Positions 18,001 to 23,431 of a stretch of DNA of 25,175 nucleotides are shown here, one piece after another (the first letter of the stretch is position 1; each line of letters opens with the position of its first letter). The stretch comes from a virus (Duplodnaviria > Caudoviricetes): positions 1-25,175 of the IMG/VR virus record IMGVR_UViG_3300037631_001279. One strand, written 5' to 3'. Under the pieces are notes generated by a model. The model did no database searches and had not been told where the DNA came from. It saw nothing but the letters and a program-made list of their open reading frames with translations. The position numbers were made by a program, and so were the translations under genes.

Positions 18001-18165
18001 CTCACTTTATTAGATGCTTCTCTTGCTTGGGGTTCATACGATTTAAATTATGGGCCAGCGAATACTCCTTTAGCATTCCAAGAAAGAATACTATATGCAA
18101 GTGATCAGACAAGTGACCGCACTGGAATTAACGATAATATCAACGCTTTTTATAGCATTTACTAA
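15100..18165 (+). CDS. virion adhesin-like protein: 8 tandem ~90-97-aa Ig-like repeats plus C-terminal ConA/LamG-like (GH54 arabinofuranosidase-like N-terminus) domain
   Basis: Repeat consensus 'P.ISGTA..G.TLT...YQW.R....ISGATS.TY.LV..D....V..TATN..GS'. The C-terminal 'SLRALSSTYTGDAIRVRRASDNAEQDIGF...FCSGTDGFVTTWYDQSGN' resembles the start of the GH54/AbfB catalytic-domain family. Confidence 0.78.
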   Translation: MNSAQFYYLLRRGIIGGGGGKGPLNEVAPVISGTAERGETLTLTSNGTWSGTGTISFVYQWRRNGAAISGETSTTYVLVEADDDAFITCFVTATDDEGSRNKSSNSLGPILGAPSIVSDPVISGTAAIGETLTSTEGTWQGIATITFAYQWRRDEVNISGATLSTYTLVNDDYYALVDCVVTATNSLGSDSADSNDLGPIAGSIPVIASVPTISGTEEIGQTLTATLASVTGFPVPTSTRQWQRSANGTTGWSNISGATNATYDLVVADDDQYIRVVHTATNTAGSDVENSAATGQILGEAPSISGVPTFSGTASVGSTLTASAASVSGTPTPTTSYQWQISDNGSTGWSNISGATSIAYTLVDDDNTKYVRVQQTSTNILGTDSADSAASSQVAEGGPINSVAPAISGTAERTETLTSTTGTWTGTGTITYAYQWKRDGSNISGATSSTYVLVTADDNTNITCLVTATDDTGSSSQLSNSLGPVLGLPYLLAAPVASGTAQVGQTLSTTDGTWQGIATITFAYQWRRDAVNISGATSSTYTLVAADYSTDVDCVVTATNSLGSANADSNDISNIAGNVPVISGVPTISGTAQVLETLTASLASVSGVPTPTSTLQWQISDDGVSGWSNIVGETSTTYTIALADDDKYIRVSQTATNAEGSDTANSASTSEVAGSVPVISGVPTLSGDAKVNSTLTATAASATGVPTPTTTFQWQRSDNGTSGWANISGATSSTYTAVSADEDKYLRAVQTETNALGSDSANSASSAQVSPEYDYILDTYSGAELAVSLRALSSTYTGDAIRVRRASDNAEQDIGFVDFVLDTSSLETFCSGTDGFVTTWYDQSGNSSDMTETTASKQPKIVSSGSTILENSKPSIEPVSGQNLSASLSSTITSVFQVDTRGNTTSGYYIPARGGSNGLYYWYQVRNSSGTSLGAGMGTPDFYVNDSLFTGTTQGAAWTFDTGSQRILTLLDASLAWGSYDLNYGPANTPLAFQERILYASDQTSDRTGINDNINAFYSIY
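15166..17415 (+). repeat. intragenic tandem duplication of a four-domain block (15166-16293 and 16294-17415)
   Basis: Repeat 1 matches 5 (SGTAER.ETLT, TATDD.GS, SNSLGP.LG), repeat 2 matches 6 (GTWQGIATITFAYQWRRD.VNISGAT), and repeats 3/4 match 7/8 (QWQ.S..G..GW.NI). Confidence 0.85.
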
Positions 18166-18383
18166 TGGCATACTATACAAGCACAACAAAGGCAGATTTA
18201 GAAGCCTACAACACTTCGGTAACAACGGGAGAGGGTTATAGCGGAACGACTACGCAGTGGGCAAGTATCGTAGAGCATCCCAACGGGGAAGATTTTGCAA
18301 TACTAAAGCACGATAGTTACACGGCTGAATTAACGGAAGAAGAAACATTGGGTGCTGAATGGTTCCCCGAGGAATTGATATAG
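18165..18383 (+). CDS. hypothetical acidic protein (possible fibre chaperone/accessory)
   Basis: 72 aa, TAATG-coupled to the upstream gene. Confidence 0.65.
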   Translation: MAYYTSTTKADLEAYNTSVTTGEGYSGTTTQWASIVEHPNGEDFAILKHDSYTAELTEEETLGAEWFPEELI

Positions 18384-18385
18384 GT

Positions 18386-18838
18386 ATGAAACTTAAAGTA
18401 ATCAGATACCACAGCGCTCAGGATCACACCTTGGGGATGTTATTAAACGTCACCAAAGGTGTGGAGTTCCTCTCTTATACTTTAGAGGATGAGCACCGTG
18501 ATGTTAAGGTAAAAGGAGAGACAAGGATACCAGCGGGGCGCTATCAGATAACACTGCGCACCGAGGGCGGCTTCCACAGCAAGTACAGCGAGAAGTACAA
18601 ATCAATGCACAAAGGAATGCTATGGGTAAGAGATGTTCCAGGCTTTGAGTACATCCTCATCCACACAGGTAACACTGATGAGCATACTGCGGGCTGCCTA
18701 TTGGTTGGGAATACTTCCGACCTTAAAGGATTTGTTGGAAGCTCAAGCAACGCTTACAAAAGAATATATCCAGCCATCGCCAAAGCATTGGAGAGCGGTA
18801 AGGAAGTAACCATTGAATATATAGATTGGAACAAATGA
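18386..18838 (+). CDS. endolysin, DUF5675 family (L,D-transpeptidase-like His/Cys motif)
   Basis: 'YTLED...GETRIPAGRY' and 'VPGFEYILIHTGNTDEHTAGCLLVG'. ATG 18386 is preferred over 18359. Followed by small TM genes. Confidence 0.82.
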   Translation: MKLKVIRYHSAQDHTLGMLLNVTKGVEFLSYTLEDEHRDVKVKGETRIPAGRYQITLRTEGGFHSKYSEKYKSMHKGMLWVRDVPGFEYILIHTGNTDEHTAGCLLVGNTSDLKGFVGSSSNAYKRIYPAIAKALESGKEVTIEYIDWNK

Positions 18839-19065
18839 AAAAGTTTATAAAAATTTTCAAGGACAATAATGAGTGGAATGAAAAGACCATCATCGGCTTC
18901 TTATCCTTCGCGGTAATGGTATTGGTAATGCTCGCAGATGTCATCACTGGCGCTTGCGGCAAAGACCTCCCCATCAATGAGTTTACCTACAACAGCTTTG
19001 TTATTGTAACGCTTGGATCGTTCGGCATCGCTGGTTTAGAGAAATTTGCTAAGAAAGGGGAGTAA
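18835..19065 (+). CDS. holin candidate (2 TM)
   Basis: TM1 'IIGFLSFAVMVLVMLADVIT', TM2 'FVIVTLGSFGIAGL', basic C-terminus. ATGA overlap with the endolysin stop. Confidence 0.7.
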   Translation: MKKFIKIFKDNNEWNEKTIIGFLSFAVMVLVMLADVITGACGKDLPINEFTYNSFVIVTLGSFGIAGLEKFAKKGE

Positions 19066-19217
19066 TGGATACCACTGACATCAAAGTGCTGATTCTAAAC
19101 TCCGCAACGATGGCGGTATCATTCGCCAATGTTGAGGACACTTTAAAGATATTGTTGCTTATCGCTTCAATAGGATACACAGCACAGCGCTGGTATCTAA
19201 TGAATAAGGAAAAGTGA
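19065..19217 (+). CDS. small membrane protein, holin/antiholin candidate (50 aa, not in ORF track)
   Basis: MDTTDIKVLILNSATMAVSFANVEDTLKILLLIASIGYTAQRWYLMNKEK*. TAATG-coupled upstream and GTGA-coupled to the kinase downstream. Confidence 0.7.
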   Translation: MDTTDIKVLILNSATMAVSFANVEDTLKILLLIASIGYTAQRWYLMNKEK

Positions 19218-20443
19218 AACTTTCCTTTATAGCTAAAATATCATTAGCAGTGAGCGTTCTTATAATGCTCACTTTTTTTGCTGTGCAAACGGCGCTGGTC
19301 ATCGGCTACTTTGATGTCAGCTACAACACTGCGCTCTTTGGGTGGCTGTGCGTGGTTTCTTTTATGCCCTTCTTCTTTTATGTTATCATTGAGTTTGTAC
19401 GTCGCGTGCGCTACAAATTCCAAAGCATTGACGATACACTCGGAGCGATAAACGAGAGCAATGCATTGGTAGAGCTTGATCTTGACGGTACATTTATCTC
19501 GTGCAACGATATCTTCTGCAAGGTGTCGGGCTACAGCCAGGAAGAGCTTATAGGTAAGAAGCACAAGATGCTACTACCTACAGGTATCGATGAGCGCAGC
19601 TATCAATCTTTTTGGTACGACCTTAAAAAAGGAAAGGTAAAGAGCGGTGAGTTCCTCCGCATCGCCAAGGACGGTTCAGATTTTTGGATATACGGAAACT
19701 ACAATCCCATCAAGAACCCATACGGAGAAACTTATCGCATACTAAAGATTGCCTCCGACATCACCGAGAAGAAGCTCATTGAGATGGAGGTAGGTAAGAA
19801 GAACAGCTACCTTGAGCACGCTGCAAAGATTCTGCGCCACGATATGCACAGCGGTATCAATACATACATCCCAAGAGGATTGAGTTCTTTAAAGCGCAGA
19901 TTGAGTGATGAGGATATTAAGAGCCTCAAGATCGCTGCACCCTTGAAGATGATAAGCGAGGGACTCATACATACGCAAAAGGTATACAGCGGTGTTAAGG
20001 AGTTCACCAACCTCGTGAAGAAAGATGCCCAGCTCGATAAAACACACAACAACTTAAAAGATATTCTCAGCACCTACCTATCCTCAACATCCTACTACAA
20101 GCAAGTAGTGATTGAAGACCTTGGTGCTGCTATAGTAAATGAAGCCTTGTTCTGCACCGCTGTGGATAACCTTATCCGCAACGGGCTAAAATACAATGAC
20201 AGCCCTACCAAGAAGGTATCTCTATTTAGAGAGGGCAATAGTTTATACATACAAGATAATGGTAGAGGGATGAGCCACGAGCAGTTCCTTGAGTTATCAC
20301 AGCCTTACACAAGAGGCAAAGACAAAGAGCAAGGCACAGGCCTTGGTTTGAATATATGTATTGCAATAATGGAGGAGCACAGCTTTACCGTTAGGGCAGA
20401 GAAATTAGAACAAGGAACAAACATAATAATAGAATTAAAATGA
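19214..20443 (+). CDS. membrane-anchored PAS-domain sensor histidine kinase
   Basis: Two N-terminal TMs; PAS/PAC 'NDIFCKVSGYSQEELIGKKH...FWYDLKKG...KDGSDFWI...DITEKK'; H-box 'ILRHDMHSG'; N-box 'VDNLIRNGLKYN'; G1 'IQDNGRGM'; G2 'GTGLGL'. Confidence 0.95.
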   Translation: MKLSFIAKISLAVSVLIMLTFFAVQTALVIGYFDVSYNTALFGWLCVVSFMPFFFYVIIEFVRRVRYKFQSIDDTLGAINESNALVELDLDGTFISCNDIFCKVSGYSQEELIGKKHKMLLPTGIDERSYQSFWYDLKKGKVKSGEFLRIAKDGSDFWIYGNYNPIKNPYGETYRILKIASDITEKKLIEMEVGKKNSYLEHAAKILRHDMHSGINTYIPRGLSSLKRRLSDEDIKSLKIAAPLKMISEGLIHTQKVYSGVKEFTNLVKKDAQLDKTHNNLKDILSTYLSSTSYYKQVVIEDLGAAIVNEALFCTAVDNLIRNGLKYNDSPTKKVSLFREGNSLYIQDNGRGMSHEQFLELSQPYTRGKDKEQGTGLGLNICIAIMEEHSFTVRAEKLEQGTNIIIELK

Positions 20444-20877
20444 TAGACAGCATACTACTGGTGGATGATGAAGACCTCTTCCACTTGGTATTTGAAGATG
20501 CGTGCAGCCTCTTGGATATGACTTTAAGCCTTGAGGCACTCAACTCCTCCGATGAGGCAGATAAACTCTTCAAGCAGTGGTTTGAAGAAGGCCCTATAGA
20601 TGAACGCCCCGAGTGTGTGTTCGTAGATTTAAATATCATAGGTTCTTCTTTTGACGGCATTGAGCTTATCAGAAAAATCAATAACGACTACGGCAATGGT
20701 GTGGTCATTGGTATCATCTCATCATCAGATGACAACCAAGAGATTGAGAAAGCTAAAGCAGTTGGTGCGCAGTTTTGGATCATCAAGAGCGATGAGATTG
20801 AGCCGCGCCTTGAGGACTTCTTAAATGACTACAGCGGGTATGAGAAGAAGACCGCACCATTTAAAGTATATAAATGA
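20440..20877 (+). CDS. single-domain response regulator (CheY/Rcp-like receiver)
   Basis: 'ILLVDDED' acidic pocket, phosphoacceptor 'VFVDLN', 'DGIELI', 'IISSS' and conserved Lys in 'WIIKS'. No output domain. ATGA-coupled to the kinase. Confidence 0.95.
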   Translation: MIDSILLVDDEDLFHLVFEDACSLLDMTLSLEALNSSDEADKLFKQWFEEGPIDERPECVFVDLNIIGSSFDGIELIRKINNDYGNGVVIGIISSSDDNQEIEKAKAVGAQFWIIKSDEIEPRLEDFLNDYSGYEKKTAPFKVYK

Positions 20878-21422
20878 TAAATGGCAAAGACACGGTAGAG
20901 GAGGCCTTGCGTAAAGCAAAAGCCAAAAAGGTTTACTTAGAGGGAAACTTTGTAAAGCTATTGGCGAAGTCTTTACCTACTGATGTCAAAGCCTATACTG
21001 AAGAATGTAAGGAGCGTGATACGAAAGCCAGGAAGAAAAGGCTGGAGGTCAACAAGAGGGTGCAGAGCCAAAACAAGGAACTTGAGGAGGCTGCTGTTGT
21101 AAAGGAAGCCTTAGTGCTTGAGCTGCAAAATGCTTTAGATGATGCTGAGAAGTTAAGAGATGAGGCCGTTGAGGATTTGGATTTGATGCAGAAGCGCACC
21201 CAGTTCGAGCTTATTGGTTTGATTGTAAGGGTAGCGCTTATCATCATTGTAGGTGTTGGTGTAACTACAACGCTGCTCTATACTACGGCAATGCTTGCAG
21301 ATAAGGATACCACGATCTTGGGAAATGCGTGGAGTAATCTCTTTGGGATACTCCTTACCAATAGCTTCAGTATTATAGGAACTATAATGGGTGTGAAATA
21401 TGCAACCGAAAAAAACGGCTAA
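20874..21422 (+). CDS. coiled-coil protein with two C-terminal TM helices (holin-like/effector candidate)
   Basis: About 110 aa of charged helical sequence, then 'LIGLIVRVALIIIVGVGVTTTLLYTTAML' and 'AWSNLFGILLTNSFSIIGTIMGVKY'. ATGA-coupled to the RR. Confidence 0.75.
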   Translation: MINGKDTVEEALRKAKAKKVYLEGNFVKLLAKSLPTDVKAYTEECKERDTKARKKRLEVNKRVQSQNKELEEAAVVKEALVLELQNALDDAEKLRDEAVEDLDLMQKRTQFELIGLIVRVALIIIVGVGVTTTLLYTTAMLADKDTTILGNAWSNLFGILLTNSFSIIGTIMGVKYATEKNG

Positions 21423-21780
21423 ATACGAATGTCATTATCCTTTACTTGCAGAGGATAGCGCATACCACTACACCAATTGCAATTGGCAGTATGCGGATAG
21501 CTTGCGCACTCATTATGCTAAATATAAGGACAGCGTTGCCTACGATTGGGTTTGGAGTGAAGATGAGCAGGCGTATAAAACACTGTACACATCGATAGAC
21601 GGTGAAGTAGTTGTTGAGAATACCTCATACATCGCATTGCAAGATTATGTAGTGCCCGCTTTCTTTGCTATCATCATCACCTTCTTCATCTTTGGTGCTT
21701 TAGTTATGCGTGACAATTCAGCGGCACAGCGCAGCAAGGATGATGAGACTATTTTAGGATTTATAAATAAAAGGAAATAA
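21400..21780 (+). CDS. hypothetical single-pass membrane protein
   Basis: Tyr/Trp-rich N-terminal region; TM 'VVPAFFAIIITFFIFGALVM'. Confidence 0.65.
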   Translation: MQPKKTAKYECHYPLLAEDSAYHYTNCNWQYADSLRTHYAKYKDSVAYDWVWSEDEQAYKTLYTSIDGEVVVENTSYIALQDYVVPAFFAIIITFFIFGALVMRDNSAAQRSKDDETILGFINKRK

Positions 21781-21891
21781 ATGGAAGATTGGGAAGATAG
21801 CTTCAACAGCTTTATTGAGGAATTAGAAAACCAGGAGCAACCACAATGCTCTATAGAAAACCCTGAGGAATGCGACTCTTGTGGAAGTTAG
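21781..21891 (+). CDS. acidic 36-aa micro-protein with C-terminal C-x7-C-x2-C (not in ORF track)
   Basis: MEDWEDSFNSFIEELENQEQPQCSIENPEECDSCGS*. The ATG directly abuts the upstream stop and follows an A-rich leader; the ORF fills the gap before the spanin. Confidence 0.65.
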   Translation: MEDWEDSFNSFIEELENQEQPQCSIENPEECDSCGS

Positions 21892-22286
21892 GGGCCGTAA
21901 GTATAGCATTAATGCTAACAAGCTGTGGTGCATCGTGGCACCTAAAGCGTGCGATTGCAAAAAACCCAGCGCTTGCTCGGGATACGGTTCTAAGGATCGA
22001 CACCACCATAATAAAGGAAAGCGTTGAGCTTAGAGACACCATACTTATTAAAGAGGTCGATACCATTAGGGTAGTAAAGAATGGAGTGGTTGTTGATATT
22101 AGACGGAGCTTTGACACTATTGAGGTTGATGTGGAATGCCCTCCCGATACGATTCGGATACTTAAAGAGGTACCGATGGTTCAGATTGTTCCTGAAAAGA
22201 AAGAGCGCAATTTAGCCCTTGGTGGCGTTATTGGTTTTATCTTAGCGCTTGTACTTATCCGTGTCGCTGGTCGATTAATAAAATAG
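21870..22286 (+). CDS. unimolecular spanin (u-spanin) candidate
   Basis: N-terminal lipoprotein signal with lipobox 'LTSC', beta-rich 'DT' repeat middle, and C-terminal TM 'LALGGVIGFILALVLI' with a basic tail. This is the T1 gp11 architecture. Last gene before a terminator. Confidence 0.8.
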   Translation: MRLLWKLGAVSIALMLTSCGASWHLKRAIAKNPALARDTVLRIDTTIIKESVELRDTILIKEVDTIRVVKNGVVVDIRRSFDTIEVDVECPPDTIRILKEVPMVQIVPEKKERNLALGGVIGFILALVLIRVAGRLIK

Positions 22287-22327
22287 AATACATTCGGCAG
22301 CTTTAGCTGTTGTTTTGTTGTTGTGTG

Positions 22328-22365
22328 AAGAGGGAGTTGATGTTAAAATCGGCTCCCTTTTCTAT
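22328..22365 (+). terminator. rho-independent terminator ending the late/lysis operon
   Basis: Stem AAGAGGGAGTTGAT / ATCGGCTCCCTTTT (with G-U pairs), 6-nt loop, T-rich tail. Confidence 0.78.
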
Positions 22366-22379
22366 TGCTCTAAACCTCA

Positions 22380-22532
22380 CGTTATTAACAAAAACCTGTT
22401 AATTTTCTTTTTGCTGCTGCTATATATAGAGAAAAAAAATAAAAAATAAAGAAATATCTGCATTTGTATTTATTTCCCTATCGGGCCTTGTGGCCCCGAG
22501 TAGGTAAATAGATACTTGCATTTAAGGCAGAT
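22380..22532 (+). repeat. ~150-bp structured non-coding element, copy 2 (copy 1 at 3694-3843)
   Basis: Same conserved blocks as copy 1. Hairpin at 22456-22532 has outer and inner stems that differ in sequence but still pair. Confidence 0.9.
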
Positions 22533-22544
22533 GAAAAAGGTAGC

Positions 22545-22568
22545 GCAAAGCATCTTGCAAAGCATCTT
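22545..22568 (+). repeat. 12-bp tandem direct repeat GCAAAGCATCTT x2
   Basis: Exact tandem copies at 22545-22556 and 22557-22568. Confidence 0.8.
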
Positions 22569-22616
22569 GATCCTGGCTGTGTACAATGGTGTGGATAATT
22601 AATTCTTTGTTGATTG

Positions 22617-22646
22617 TTGTGAATTAAATTTTATTATGTAAGTTTG
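22617..22646 (+). promoter_or_regulatory. Bacteroidota-type housekeeping (early) promoter
   Basis: TTG (22617-22619), 19-nt spacer, TAAGTTTG (22639-22646): a full match to TTG-N19-TAnnTTTG. Confidence 0.8.
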
Positions 22647-22668
22647 GGTATAACCAAAAACAACTAAA

Positions 22669-22794
22669 ATGAAAAAGTACAACACATTCGAGAACATCGG
22701 CTACATCACTACGCTCTACATTCTATTAGGTATAGGCACATTCGCATTCTTATGCGTTTACAAGGCACTTCTATGGGCCTTTGGTGTATTGTAA
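22669..22794 (+). CDS. small membrane protein, 41 aa (not in ORF track)
   Basis: MKKYNTFENIGYITTLYILLGIGTFAFLCVYKALLWAFGVL*. A-rich leader, 22 nt after the promoter. Confidence 0.65.
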   Translation: MKKYNTFENIGYITTLYILLGIGTFAFLCVYKALLWAFGVL

Positions 22795-22820
22795 CCATAT
22801 AAAGACTAAAGCATTCACAT

Positions 22821-22865
22821 AGCGCTGAAAATGCCTCACAGCGTTACTAATTAACAACTGAGGCA
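22821..22865 (+). promoter_or_regulatory. predicted H-type RNA pseudoknot in SSB 5' leader
   Basis: S1 AGCGCTG (22821-22827) / CAGCGTT (22839-22845); S2 TGCCTCA (22832-22838) / TGAGGCA (22859-22865). Loops of 4, 0 and 13 nt; ends 14 nt before the ATG. Confidence 0.65.
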
Positions 22866-22879
22866 ACACTACAACAATT

Positions 22880-23431
22880 ATGGCAAAGTTTGATTTTGCA
22901 AAGGGCGTGTCCGCGGTATTAACGGGCACAACCAATTGGGCACAACTCACTGAGAAAAGTGGCCCTAACAAGATGAGCGGTAAGTATCAAGTAGAACTTA
23001 CCCTTGATGCGGAGAGCATCAAAACGCTTGAATCGATGAAGATTCTTGACCACGTTAACATAAAGCGCCAAGATGGTACACTCAAGTATGAGCATCCGAC
23101 GGTGCGCTTAAAGACTAACAACCCGCCACAACTTTGGGACACCTCAAAGATGCCGTTTGATGACCTCATCGGCAATGGCACAACGCTACGCGCCAAAGCC
23201 TTTATTAAGAGCTGGGAGATGGCGGGAAAGAAAGGCCTTACGGCATACATCAACAAGGGCATCATCCTTTCCTTGAATGATGTGAACGGCGCTGATGATG
23301 ATGACCTTTGGGAAGATGTAAAGGTTGAGCCATTGGTAGCGGGCCAAGAACAAGTGCCTACATCAAAGCCCGATGTAGCTACAGCCTCGGAAGCATTCGC
23401 TACTGAGGAAGATGATGATTTGCCTTTCTAA
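22880..23431 (+). CDS. ssb: single-stranded DNA-binding protein (T7 gp2.5-like OB fold)
   Basis: 'NWAQL...GKYQVELTLD', 'PQLWD..KMPFDDLIGNGT' and acidic tail ending 'EEDDDLPF'. Confidence 0.85.
   Translation: MAKFDFAKGVSAVLTGTTNWAQLTEKSGPNKMSGKYQVELTLDAESIKTLESMKILDHVNIKRQDGTLKYEHPTVRLKTNNPPQLWDTSKMPFDDLIGNGTTLRAKAFIKSWEMAGKKGLTAYINKGIILSLNDVNGADDDDLWEDVKVEPLVAGQEQVPTSKPDVATASEAFATEEDDDLPF

Noticed and set aside
20161-20169. Perfect DnaA box TGTGGATAA inside the kinase gene
   Set aside because: Fully explained by the codons of the conserved N-box (A-V-D-N), and it is isolated.
19214-20877. Host chromosomal contamination or prophage boundary at the two-component genes
   Set aside because: The genes overlap phage lysis-region genes at start/stop codons on both sides, phage genes continue downstream, and no att site or integrase is seen. 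Only read mapping can fully exclude a chimera.
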